A DNA stretch of 64,000 nucleotides from an uncultured Chloroflexia bacterium (lineage in GTDB: Bacteria > Chloroflexota > UBA6077 > JACCZL01). Position numbers and translations under genes: made by a program. Below the pieces are notes generated by a model. It made no database searches, was not told the origin of the DNA, and saw only the letters and a list, made by a program, of their open reading frames with translations. Of the stretch, positions 49,036 to 60,153 are shown piece by piece. Position 1 is the first letter of the stretch. Each line of letters begins with the position of its first letter. The DNA is taken from NCBI GenBank assembly GCA_963765765.1, contig CAVXYC010000028.1:96001-160000 (forward strand), written 5' to 3'.

Positions 49036-50834
49036 GTGCCGGGTTACCAGAAGCTCTCTGCATTCACAGTCGCCGCGACGTTCACACTGATCGTCATCGG
49101 CGGAATCGTGCGTGTCACCGGCTCAGGACTCGGCTGTCCAGATTGGCCGACCTGTCACGGTCAGATCGTCCCTCCGCTTGAGCGTACCGCGCTCATCGAG
49201 TACACGCATCGACTCGTCGGAGCGATAGTCTCACCGCTCATTTTGGCCACGACTATTGGGGCCTGGCTATGGCGACGCTCCGATCGCGCAATCCGTCTGC
49301 CGGCCACGGCGTTGCCGATTCTCCTGGCTGTCCAAATCGCCCTCGGCGCAATCGTCGTCTGGCTCGAGCTTAACAGCTTGGCAGTGCTCGTACATCTGGG
49401 CTTCGCCATTCTCATCCTGGGAGGCCTCACCTGGATCAGCGTGTTGTCCGGCGGCCCCTCGGCTTCGTCGGCCGCCGATCCAGTCGCGCTTCGAAAGTTT
49501 TATCGGTTGGCGCGCGCGGGAGCAGTTGGTGTTTTCCTGCTCATTCTCCTTGGCGCCTTTGTCCGGGCGCAGGGCGCGAGCTGGGCTTGTACCGGATTTC
49601 CGGGATGCAATGGTCAGGTGTTACCGTTTGGCGCCAATCGATTCATTGATATTCATCTCTCCCACCGAATGCTCGCGTACTTTGTTACGGCGCATCTCAT
49701 CGTGATCGCGGTGAAGGCCGTGAAGCTAAAAGTGCTCGATCTATCGGTTCGCCAGATTGCGATTGGAGCAGTAGCCTTGGCGCTGCTCCAGATCACCATA
49801 GGAGCCGTGGCCGTATCCACAGGTGTCGGCGTCGTGACTCAGGCACTCCATCTCGCAGGCGCGTCAGCGGTCTGGGTGGCCATCGTGGCGCTCGTCGCTC
49901 AAACCTACGTGCGGGTTCGAGCGCTTCCTGAGGCAACCTCTGAAGAAGCCGTGAGTGATCCAAAGTCTAGTCCGAACATTGTGATGGCCTACGTGAGCCT
50001 CACTAAGCCACGCGTGATGTCACTTCTTCTCATCACCACGCTCGCTGCCATGATGATCGCTCAGGGCGGCATGCCGCCTCTGTCATTGGTGTTCTGGACG
50101 CTGCTCGGTGGGGCGCTGGCCTCCGGCGGCGCGGCGGCAATCAACTGCTATTTCGATCGCGATATCGATCTCCTGATGGACCGAACGACGACCCGCGTGA
50201 TTCCCCCGGGGTGATCCGCCCGATTGATGCGCTGATCTTTGGCGTCACGCTCGGCGTACTTTCGTTCGTGATCCTGACAACCTTTGCGAATCTGCTCGCG
50301 GCCAGCCTCGCATTGGGAGCACTGCTCTTCTACGTGATCGTGTACACGAAGTGGCTGAAACGCTCCACGCCTAATAACATCGTCATTGGCGGCGCTGCCG
50401 GCGCTGTCCCGCCACTCGTAGGATACGCTGCCGTTGCGGGTCGTTTGGATCTGCTAGCGATCTATCTATTCGCCATTATCTTTTTCTGGACGCCGCCACA
50501 CTTCTGGGCATTGGCGCTGCTGATGCAGCCGCAATATAAACGTGCTGGTGTCCCGATGCTGCCGGTAGTATTAGGTGAGTCGGAAACTCGACGACAGATC
50601 GTGCTCTATAGTCTGCTCGTCGTAGCGCTCACGCTCGTCATCTTCTCGGTCCAGCTTCTCGGTCCGGTGTACCTGGTTGGCGCTGCAATTCTCGGGGCGT
50701 TGCTGCTCTACTATGCCTACAGGCTCTGGCGAGACGAGACATCCGATTCCGCCAGACGCATGTTCAAGTTCTCGATGCTTTACCTGACGCTCTTATTCAC
50801 AGCCATGGTGATCGACCGTCAGGTCATTCTCTGA
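49036..50834 (+). CDS. ctaB: Heme A synthase - heme O synthase fusion (CtaA-CtaB), frameshift at CCCCCGGGG near 50205
   Basis: CtaA GSGLGCPDWPTCHG, EYTHR; CtaB LTKPR and DRDID in the same frame, then YTKWLKR, IGGAAGA and FFWTPPHFWAL after the shift. Confidence 0.88.
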
Positions 50835-50861
50835 CGCGACGCGTCCCGAAGGGTTGAAACG

Positions 50862-51185
50862 ATGGTGCTAAACGCCAAGGCCATGGAGTGGGCGGGTGGA
50901 TTTGGAATCGACTCGGCGAAGCTAAAGAGCGCCAAGGTCAAGATCTTTGGGAAGTGGTATTTTCCTGATATCCCAGCAAATCAGCCTCTGATCAACCTCC
51001 AGACTGGTGACGTGGAAACGTTCCCCAGTGGACTGCGAGCAGGGACGGTCCTATACGTGCTGGAGGATGAGCTCAAGCGGGCCAAGCTCGGTCCGTACGC
51101 TGAGCCGGCACCCGCAACCGCTGTTGAGACCGTTCCCGCAAAGGCCGACGTGCCGAAGGAAGCCGCGCCCAAGGAAGCCGAATAG
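50862..51185 (+). CDS. Hypothetical protein
   Basis: 107-aa ATG ORF within the operon. Confidence 0.65.
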   Translation: MVLNAKAMEWAGGFGIDSAKLKSAKVKIFGKWYFPDIPANQPLINLQTGDVETFPSGLRAGTVLYVLEDELKRAKLGPYAEPAPATAVETVPAKADVPKEAAPKEAE

Positions 51186-51217
51186 CGCGTCCTGCGCCCG
51201 CCATTCAGGCCAACCAG

Positions 51218-51847
51218 ATGTCCATGCTCACCTCGTATCGCCCTGCCCGGCTTCGGGCTAGACAACTCATTGCGGCGCTTGCGATCCTCGTGTCGCTTTG
51301 TCTCGCCTGTAAGCCAGAACCCGAGATCCCGAACTACTGGCCCGCTCCAAACTTTAGCTTGACTGACCAGAACGGCGCACCGTTCACTCGAGCTGATATC
51401 GCCGGGCGTGTTGCCCTAGTGAACTTTATCTACACGAACTGCGCAGACACCTGCCCGATTCTTACGTCAACCATGCGAGCGATTCAGGAGCGGCTCACCA
51501 GCGACAACTTGCTCCCAGCGAAAGTCTTGCTGCTCTCTATGACCGTGGACCCCGAACGTGATTCGCCGGCCGTGCTAAGGCAGTACGGCGAAAATGTAGG
51601 GGCACATCGCGAAGGATGGAAGTTCCTCACAGGCGAGCGTGCGGTCCTCGAAGAGACCCTGATCCAGGGATTCAAACTCCCGTTCCGAGGACCAACACCG
51701 GCCGGACCACTCAAGCCAGGCTTCGAGATCACTCACACCAACCGAGTGATTGCAATAGATCGCGATGGAAATGTGCGAGGTCTCCTCAACGGTGAGGAGA
51801 TGGACGTGGACCAGACAATCCGTCTGCTCAAGCGCCTGGTGGCGTAG
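51218..51847 (+). CDS. SCO family copper chaperone lipoprotein
   Basis: LTDQNG, FIYTNCADTCP (CxxxC), VDPERD, conserved His in ITHT. Confidence 0.92.
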   Translation: MSMLTSYRPARLRARQLIAALAILVSLCLACKPEPEIPNYWPAPNFSLTDQNGAPFTRADIAGRVALVNFIYTNCADTCPILTSTMRAIQERLTSDNLLPAKVLLLSMTVDPERDSPAVLRQYGENVGAHREGWKFLTGERAVLEETLIQGFKLPFRGPTPAGPLKPGFEITHTNRVIAIDRDGNVRGLLNGEEMDVDQTIRLLKRLVA

Positions 51848-52037
51848 GCGGAGCGATCTCCACGATGTTCGACGACAATAGGTTGTAGCGCTCGTCGCCG
51901 GTGCCTGCCTTAACCCTGCGGACTCATCCGCTGAAGAGGCGCTCAGACATTCGAACAGGGCATAAACCTAGCGGCTGGTGCCAACTCCTTGAGGGGATGC
52001 TGCCAGCCGCCTACATTTTTCACTTCCGGAGTGTCCT

Positions 52038-54060
52038 CTACCGAACGCCCTGCACTCCCACCACCACCGTGGAGTCCGGGGCAATACCGGTAGGTCTTGC
52101 GACCAGAGTCGCCCAGCCCAGTCGACTCGCAAAGAGGAGAAGCACGTAGAGCGCTCCTATGACGCTCAGCGCCACAGCGCGGACGTTAAAGTCCGGAATG
52201 ATCAGGACAATGCTGCAAACGATGAGCACCACCTGGATGAGCCGTGCGGGGATTGTCTCACTGAGGGTTCCTACGCGCAGCATATAGCCTTGCATTGAGT
52301 AGGCAATGATGGTGATTCCAATGGTCACAATCACGAATTCCACCACGACCTGCATGAATGTGGACTCCTGTAAGACAAGCGCGGGGCTCAAAATCATGAA
52401 GAACGGCAGCAGATACTTGATGGAAGCTAATCGCATAGCCTCCGCCATCGTCCTCATCGACCGGGCTTCCGGCAACCCCAGCGGCAGCGACGACGGAGAT
52501 CGCCGTTGGCGGAGTCACGTCCGCGAGGTTCGCCCAGTAAAGCAGGAAAATGTGCACCGCCAGCGGATTCAGCCCCTGCCTGACGAGTGCCGGAGCAAGC
52601 ATGATTCCGAGGAAGATGTATGCGGCGGATCCTGGTAACCCCGTGCCGAGTACAAACGAGATCAGAGCGCCCATGATGAGCATGATCGCCAGATTGCCCT
52701 CGGAGAGGTGCACGAGATCACTTGTGATTGAGGCAGCGGTGCCAGTTACGAAGAGGGAGCCGACAAGCATGCCGACCGCGGCGAGCAGTGGCACAAGGCC
52801 GGCGAGTAGCCTGCCTGCCGCCGCGAAGAAGGCGCCAGCTTTCTGCCAGTTCCAGCGTGTCTGCTTACGGAATTGCGTGATGACAATGAGAATAGCGGCA
52901 GTGAACCAGGGGGCCTGCGCTTCACGCTTCATGCCGATCAAGAGGACCACAAGTAACGTGAGCGCAAAGATGTAGGGAATGCCGAAGCGTAGCGTAGGAC
53001 CGATGCTGGGCAATTCGCTCCGGTCAAGCCCCCTCATTCCTCGCTTCGCTGAATAGCTATCAATTTGAACGAACATGCTGTAGTAGAAAAGCACAGCAGG
53101 AATTGCAGCCCCTACCGCAACAGTTGAGTACGGTATCCCCAGGAAGATCGCCATCAGAAAGGCTGTCGCGCCCATCACCGGCGGAGTCATGGCCCCATGC
53201 GAGGCGGCGTTTGCTTCGACGGCCGCCGCCACTTCTGGTGTAAACCCCGTCCTCTTCATGGCCGGGATAGTGATCGTGCCAGTAGAAAGCACATTGCTCA
53301 CGCCGCTGCCGCTGAGCATGCCATAGAGTCCGCTGGCGCAGATCGCCACCTTAGCTGAACCGCCGCGAACGTGCCCCAGTAGACCCATACAGATATCAGT
53401 GAAGAAGGTGCCCGCGCCCGTCATGAAGAGCGCGAGGCCAAACACCGTGAAACCAATAAGCAGGCCACCCACAACCTGTGTTGTCTGCCCCATGATGGAC
53501 TGCGGACTGAATGCGTGATAGCGAATGGTGTTCTCAAAGGAGACGCCCAGACCTCGTATCGGTCCCGGCAGCACCCCTGCAACGAGCGGATACGCGGCAC
53601 ATGCGCCCACGATTAGCGCGAACGAGATCCCGTTTGTTCGCCGCACCGACTCCAGAATGAGCAATACGAGAATGCCCCCAGCAATCGTGGCCGGGGCGGG
53701 CGAACGGAACTCCCAGCCGTTCTGATTCATGAATGGCGCGTTGTAGCCAAAGTAGAAAGTGATGCCGAGCGTTAAGAGCGCCAACACCACGTCGTACCAC
53801 TGCACCCTATCCGCGTGCCTGGCGGTTGCGGGAAACATCAAGAATCCCATGGCCGTGAAGATGCCAACCAGCACGTAGAGGTAAGTGAACTCCCATACCA
53901 GGGCAGTCAACGGGATTGTCAACCCACCGATTGAGACCTCGACGGGCTGGAAGATGTTGTTGAGGGCGAGCAGTAGTCCGATCACGGTGCCGATGATGAC
54001 CATGACGTACCAAACGCCCGTGAGCGGTCGATGGAGCTCAGATTCTTCGTTGGCGATCAT
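52038..54060 (-). CDS. TRAP transporter fused 4TM/12TM permease, frameshift near 52460
   Basis: GGSAKVA, SGSGVSNVLSTG, MTPPVMGATAFLMA, LGTGLP, ADVTPP. Confidence 0.88.
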
Positions 54061-54181
54061 GAGCGCGAAGCCTCGATCTGGATTGACTGCTGCGAGAAGC
54101 CGGCAACTCCGCGCATGTGACGCACGGTGTTGCCGGCGAATACTCGTTGACGCCGCCTTGGGGAGAAGACGGGATTGACCA

Positions 54182-55557
54182 TTACTTCAGTCGCAACCAG
54201 AAGGGGTCTTCCCAGTATGGGTCCAAACCCGCGCTCTTGAGTGCGTCCACCCGCACCTTCATCCAAAAGCGCTCCCATTCGTCACCCTGAAGATCCTTGC
54301 CCTCTGGATCCTGACTGGCCTTGTCCCAGGCAGCCTTTAGCACAGGCTCCCGCTTGAGCAGATCCTGCTGTCGCTTCTCGGCCGCCTCACTCCACCAGCC
54401 CTTCTCCTTGAGGTACTTGATGGCGCCGTCATGAACGGGAGAATAAATGGCATCGAAACGAATTCGGTCCGGCCCAAATCCTTCCACGCCTGGGTAGGTG
54501 CCATTGAACTCGGGGAACGCTTCGTAGATCGCCTTGCTCATCGCGTACACGTATTCCGTGTCCTTACTTGCAAGTGTTGCGATCGTGGCGAAGTGTGGAC
54601 CATTGCCAATGTGAGGGTTCTCTTCCGACACTGGTGGCGCGCCAATTGTGGCTTTGTTGACGTTGGCGGCCAGGGTTGACCTTCTTGAATCGCTCCCACA
54701 TACCAGGGTCTTCTTCAGGCGTCTTCATGTAGACAGGGGTGTAGCCGCGCGGCGAGTTGGCCATCTCATAGACGAAGCCAGTGTTGGTGGCTGTCCACAC
54801 ACAATCGGCCTTGTCTTCCATGATTGCGCGTCCCGGCCCCGCCATAGCTCGGGATGTCCACACGCCTGACGTCGTCCCATGTGAGGTTGCCCGCCGCGAG
54901 CGTGGCCTCCATGTTGAGATTGAATCCGAATGAATTGCTTACGTAGATCATGCGCTTGCCCTTGAGGTCTTGAGGCTCCTTGATCCCAAGATCGCCAGCG
55001 CAGCCCACGATCTGATTTGTCTTTGGCCAGTTCAGGGCCACGAGCCGAACAGGGACCGGCCCAGCCTCCTTGGCTGAGTAAAACGTGACTCCTTCGGTTG
55101 CGTAGATGCCGGGGTCGTTGCCGAAGTCCGCACGGCCGTCTCGATAGATCTGAAGGCGTCCCAGGTCCGTACCTGTGGGAATCAATCGGATGGTGTTCTT
55201 CTCCACACCGGAGACACCGTGGGCCACGGCCTGATGCTGGTTGTAGGTCGCTGAGCCGACATCCAGCGTGACCCAGTTTATGACGTCAGGAAGCTTGTAA
55301 TTCTTGGCTGCTGCCGGAGCGGCCGCACTAGCTCCGCCCGCCGGCGCGGCTGCCGTGGTCTTACTGGCGTCGTTGCCCGCGCCGGGCGCGACTTTAGGTG
55401 CGGCCGCTGTGGGAGCACCCGAGCTCGCGCCTGACTTCGCGCCGGGCGCTTCTTTCTCACCACACGCCGCGACAAGCAACATCGCCGCAGTTGCAATGGA
55501 GGCCAATATCGCTGGGAATCGTACCGATGGTTCGAGCCGTAAGAAACGCCGTGTCAC
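54182..55557 (-). CDS. TAXI-family TRAP substrate-binding lipoprotein, frameshifts near 54840 and 54650
   Basis: Lipobox VAAC, DLKGKR, C-terminal PVHDGAIKYLKEKG; upstream of the fused permease. Confidence 0.82.
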
Positions 55558-55661
55558 ACGATCCTCCCGCTTACGTTGCCAACCCGGGCCCTGCCCGTAT
55601 CTACATGGTCATGACTAGAAAGAGCTGACTGAGTTTCTCCTGGGTGCACTGGAATTAAGTG

Positions 55662-55690
55662 ATGCTAGCCGCGTCAAAAAGGAGCGTCAA
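55662..55690 (-). promoter_or_regulatory. Sigma70-type promoter of the TAXI-TRAP operon
   Basis: Minus strand TTGACG-N17-TAGCAT; TTGACGC occurs twice, 13 bp apart. Confidence 0.5.
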
Positions 55691-55741
55691 CTAATTCCGA
55701 CCCCTGATCTAGGTGGCGCAACGGATCGGGTACCGGGCGCC

Positions 55742-55795
55742 GCGGCAGCATATAAGAAGGGCCTCCAATTGGAGGCCCCTCTTATGTGCTGCCGC
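55742..55795. terminator. 54-bp near-perfect palindrome after the Rieske gene
   Basis: GCGGCAGCATATAAGAAGGGCCTCCAATTGGAGGCCCCTCTTATGTGCTGCCGC. Confidence 0.7.
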
Positions 55796-55811
55796 AGTGT
55801 CTAGTGTTGGC

Positions 55812-57111
55812 TTATGCCGTGACTCCAACCGATTCGCGCTGATTGGCAAACGCTCGCGCTCGGATCTCGGTAAGCGCGTCATCCACAGTGGTCTCCGGCG
55901 GAAATGATAGTCGCGCACTCCGAATCCGGTATGCGCCCGGTTTCCACGGAGCTTCCGGTTCAACCCCGTCCATCAATGCCTTGGCCGCTTCAATGAGGCG
56001 GCGCCGAACTCGAATAATTCCCTCGTCGGAGCTTACGAGCTTTTCGAGTTGACGGTTCATCCGAGGGCCGCGCTGATCCTCGACCATCGCCAGGTCCTGG
56101 ATTGGGAAGGGCCCAATGCCCGGTGTAGGAGATGTTCTTCTGCGCGATGCGGTCCACGAGGTAATCGTTGGACTTATTGGCCTTGGGTGTCCAGGTACCG
56201 GGAATGATCTCAGGATAGGTGTAGCCACCGTACTTGATCTCGTAGAGCTCTGAGTCCGGCAACGGCTTATCGCTCCAACGTAGACGGAAGTGGATTTCGT
56301 TCTCGTCATCGATTGGGATGCGCATGTTGCTGGAGAACACTCCGGGCGAAGCAATGCCGGCCGTGCTGTACGTCGGCATCATGAAATGCGTGCAGCCGAT
56401 GAATTGATTGCCGTCCGCCAGAACCGCTCTGGAGTATGTGATCAGGCCATATTCCGTGTCTTCCACCCCAACGTACCGTGGCATCTTGTCAAAGAATGAA
56501 TCGCGCTGGAAGACCTGCGTTGCTTTGTTGGAGCGATTGCCATCCAAAGTGGAGTGGAGGAAAGAGGCGTGACTTGGATCGAAGTCACCTTCCACAGCCT
56601 GGAAGTAATTGCAGTTGACTACGAACTTGCTGACATACCGATGGGTCTCGGGTAGGTCCAACCACTCGTACTCGACGAATGGAGGTCGCTTGTCTCCCGG
56701 CCCCATGTATGCCCAGATGAGCCCTGCTTTGTCGACACACGGATACGCCTGGATGGTTACCCGATCACGGAACTCATCGCCTTCGGGCACATTTGGAAGC
56801 TCGACACACTGACCGGAAACGTCAAACTTCCAGCCATGATAGACGCAGCGGATTCCGCCATCCTCATTGCGACCAAAGAACATGGGCGCACCACGATGGG
56901 GACAATACGCTTCGATAAGGCCAGGAGCTCCGCTTGAATCCCGGAACGCGACCAGATCTTCGCCCAGGATTCGTACGCGTATGGGAGGACAATCCGGCGC
57001 AGGTATCTCGTGCGAGAGCAATACTGGTATCCAGAATCGGCGAAACAGCTCGCCCATGGGAGATCCAGGCCCAACGTGCGTCAGTATCTCGTTGTCTTCG
57101 TGGCTGAGCAT
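55812..57111 (-). CDS. Rieske oxygenase, phthalate 4,5-dioxygenase/LigX-like, frameshift near 56120
   Basis: GPGSPMGELFRRFW, CPHRG...CVYHGW, EGDFDPSHASFLH, and QDLAMVE in the shifted frame. Confidence 0.9.
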
Positions 57112-57185
57112 CGAAGCATCCTCCAGGTGATGCTTCGATGCTAGCCGCGCGTCGTTGGGATATCAAGCATTGCAAATGTGGCCGT

Positions 57186-57596
57186 TCAGGCGAGATGGAG
57201 CATCAAAAAGATGATCCAGCCGGTGACCACCACGTAACCCCAGATCGGGGCCGCGATGCGCGCCAGTGGGCGGTGGCGGTCGAATCGTCCACGAAACGCG
57301 TAATACAGTACGACCAGCACAAATGGTCCCAGAATGGTAGCGAGGATCGTGTGGCTCACGAGGATGATTAAATAGATCACCCGAACCGCGCCCTCACCCG
57401 CGAAGATCTTCGGCTCAAAGAGAATGTAGCGGATGACATAGACTATGAGGAAGAGCGCCGCGAACACCGTTGCGGTAAGCATGCTGCGATGGTGCCGCTG
57501 TATCTCACGGCGCCTGATAAACATTAGGCCGCGAACCAGAAATACGCCGCTCAGAGCAATGAGAATTGCGTCAGCAAGCGGCATCCATTGAGCCAT
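57186..57596 (-). CDS. DUF420 family membrane protein
   Basis: Four TM helices; HHRSML, FLIVY, ILVSHTILA, HRPLAR...WGYVVVTG. Confidence 0.85.
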   Translation of the reverse strand: MAQWMPLADAILIALSGVFLVRGLMFIRRREIQRHHRSMLTATVFAALFLIVYVIRYILFEPKIFAGEGAVRVIYLIILVSHTILATILGPFVLVVLYYAFRGRFDRHRPLARIAAPIWGYVVVTGWIIFLMLHLA

Positions 57597-57606
57597 TAGC
57601 TCACGC

Positions 57607-58605
57607 ATGCAGAGTAGTTCCTCAAACAGCTTGACTGCGACCACTGCGTTCGAACGCGGCGGGCACGGTCACATTCTATCCACCGAATCGCCGATTGCGA
57701 TTCATGTCGAGCACATCAACAAGGCATACGGCCAGCGCGTCGCCGTTGACGACATTTCGTTTGACGTGCGCTCGGGGAGCATATTCGCATTGCTGGGCCC
57801 GAATGGCGCGGGCAAGACCACGACCGTGGAGATCCTTGTGGGCTATCGCAAGCGGGATCGCGGCGAGGTGCGCATTCTGGGGCTGGATCCAGTTGATAAC
57901 TCAGCAGAGCTGCGCCATCGCGTGGGGGTGATGCCCCAACAGGGCGGCGTCTACCCACAGCTGCGGCCAATGGAAGCATTGCGTCTTTTCGCAAGCTTCT
58001 ACCGAAATCCCCGCGATCCAGTTGAGCTCATCCACGAGGTGGGACTGGATGACTCATTGAGCCAGCGCTATCGTTATCTCTCAGGGGGCCAGCAACAACG
58101 ACTCTCACTTGCACTCGCGCTTATAGGTCGTCCGGAGCTCGTCTTTCTCGATGAGCCAACCACGGGAATGGATCCACTGGCACGACGGGCCACCTGGGCA
58201 ACGATCCGGGGGCTCCGCGATGCAGGAGTGACCGTGGTCATCACCACGCACCTGATGGACGAGGCTGAGCAGCTCGCGGACGATGTACTGATCGTCAATC
58301 GCGGTCGCGTCGTCGTTCGCGGAACACCGGACTCGCTCATGGCCGCGACCGGCGGAGCAGTACTGCGCTTTCGCACCAACGCCAAGTTGGACCTGTCGCG
58401 TCTCGGTGCCCGCGTGGGTCAGACGGTTCGCGCTTCAGAGCGGAATGGGTACGTGATCGAGACAGAACCCACTCCTGCCCTCGTCGCGGTGCTCACCAGT
58501 GCGCTTGAAGAGCAGCATGCACTCATCTCAGAGCTTCGAGTCGGAAACCCCTCACTCGAAGAAGCCTTTCTGGAACTCACAAGGGTAGAGACAGCGGTCG
58601 AGTGA
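57607..58605 (+). CDS. ABC transporter ATP-binding protein (start uncertain)
   Basis: GPNGAGKTT, LSGGQQQ, FLDEPT, TTH. Confidence 0.93.
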   Translation: MQSSSSNSLTATTAFERGGHGHILSTESPIAIHVEHINKAYGQRVAVDDISFDVRSGSIFALLGPNGAGKTTTVEILVGYRKRDRGEVRILGLDPVDNSAELRHRVGVMPQQGGVYPQLRPMEALRLFASFYRNPRDPVELIHEVGLDDSLSQRYRYLSGGQQQRLSLALALIGRPELVFLDEPTTGMDPLARRATWATIRGLRDAGVTVVITTHLMDEAEQLADDVLIVNRGRVVVRGTPDSLMAATGGAVLRFRTNAKLDLSRLGARVGQTVRASERNGYVIETEPTPALVAVLTSALEEQHALISELRVGNPSLEEAFLELTRVETAVE

Positions 58606-59342
58606 CAGCGCGATCGACCCTATTTCAGGCAGTGCGCGCGCAGACGAGCATGGAGTTACGCCTCGCGCTACGGCGGGGCGAGAGTGTCCTCTTGACGCTC
58701 ATTGTGCCACCGGTACTTCTCGCGTTTCTGGGCAGCGCAGGCACGCTCGGCGGCATCACCGAACGATCGTTGGACGCCCTGGTGCCGGGAATAACAACGC
58801 TCGCTGTCATCTCCAGCGCCATGGTAAGTCTTGGCATTGCCACGGCATTCGAACGCTACTACGGCGTTCTTAAACGACTCGGAAGCACACCGCTGCCTCG
58901 ATCAGGGCTCATTGCGGCCAAGATCACCGCCGTACTGATTCTTGAAGGACTGCAAATCAGCATTATCGCGGCGATCGCGGCGTTCTTCTTGCACTGGTAT
59001 CCGCCTTACTCGTGGTGGGCAGCTATTCCGGCGGTCGTACTTGGCACGTGCTGCTTCGCCTCTCTTGGATTGCTAATGGCAGGGACGCTGCGAGCGGAAA
59101 CGACCTTGGCGCTGGCCAATGGCCTGTATCTCTTGTTTCTATTAGCCGGAGGGCTGGTAGTGCCACTGGACGCACTTCCGGGATGGCTCCAACCGTTGGC
59201 CCCCTGGCTTCCCGCGTTTGCGATGGACGATCTGCTCGCCGATGCGCTGATCCATGGAACGATCAGCGACTCATTGCTTCCGCTGTTTGCCTGGTCCGCC
59301 GCTGCACTTGCCGCAACTGTGCGTTACTTTCGCTGGGACTGA
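58602..59342 (+). CDS. ABC-2 type permease
   Basis: Six TM helices; FERYYGVLKRLGSTPL; ends FRWD. Confidence 0.9.
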   Translation: MTARSTLFQAVRAQTSMELRLALRRGESVLLTLIVPPVLLAFLGSAGTLGGITERSLDALVPGITTLAVISSAMVSLGIATAFERYYGVLKRLGSTPLPRSGLIAAKITAVLILEGLQISIIAAIAAFFLHWYPPYSWWAAIPAVVLGTCCFASLGLLMAGTLRAETTLALANGLYLLFLLAGGLVVPLDALPGWLQPLAPWLPAFAMDDLLADALIHGTISDSLLPLFAWSAAALAATVRYFRWD

Positions 59343-59457
59343 AGCCATTTATTCATACGGACCGATACCATTCATCTCATTGCTGGAGCCACTGGCCGGT
59401 CCCGATAATAGCCCGGGCTCCAGATCGAATCTATCGAGCTCTTAGGCTCATTACAAA

Positions 59458-60153
59458 ATGAATCTTGTCCGCAATTCGAAACTCATCCAGAACCGCGTTC
59501 GCATTGCCAGCGCGGCTCACTTCGCGGCGCTGCTCTGCTTCGCCGGTGGTCTCTTTATCTCGCGTGATGAGGAGTACCTCTGGGTTGTCTACGCAACGAT
59601 GCTCATTGGTCTCAGCCTGTATGCGGTTGGACAGCATCTCCTTCGCAGATGGGGTCCGCGCTACCGATTCGATGGTCTGCTCGTTCAGGCGCTGAAGGGT
59701 CTGGATAAACGTTACACACTTGGCGCATTCCTTCATCCGAACCTGCCTGATTACGTCGTGATTGGACCACAGGGTATCGTGCCTCTCATCGCCCGTCCAC
59801 AGACTGGTTTGATCACGTGTCGCTCAGACCAATGGTCAAGGGAGCCTGGGCGCTGGGGTTTCATAGGAAGTTTTTTTACGCCCGCGCTCAAGAATCCTAC
59901 CCTTGATGCCCGACGAGCAGCGGCACAAGTTCAGGCCTTCATGACCAAGCAGTTTGGAACCGAGGTCATGCAGGACGTACCAATTCTGCCTTCGATCGTC
60001 TTCGTCAATCCGAGGGCGCGCCTTCGAATCGATGGAAGCAGCGTCCCGGTTACATCGGCAAAGGAGCTCCGCACGCACCTGCGCAAGGGAAAGCCCGCGC
60101 TTTCTTCGCAGCAGACTCAAGCTATCGCGGACCTGTGGCAGTCGCTCGTATAG
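59458..60153 (+). CDS. Membrane protein with a NERD-like domain
   Basis: Two TM helices, then PDYVVIGPQGI...NP...IVF. Confidence 0.6.
   Translation: MNLVRNSKLIQNRVRIASAAHFAALLCFAGGLFISRDEEYLWVVYATMLIGLSLYAVGQHLLRRWGPRYRFDGLLVQALKGLDKRYTLGAFLHPNLPDYVVIGPQGIVPLIARPQTGLITCRSDQWSREPGRWGFIGSFFTPALKNPTLDARRAAAQVQAFMTKQFGTEVMQDVPILPSIVFVNPRARLRIDGSSVPVTSAKELRTHLRKGKPALSSQQTQAIADLWQSLV

Noticed and set aside
18760-56130. Programmed frameshifting or phase variation as the cause of split genes
   Set aside because: Indels are scattered over unrelated and core genes with no shared slippery motif; assembly error is more parsimonious
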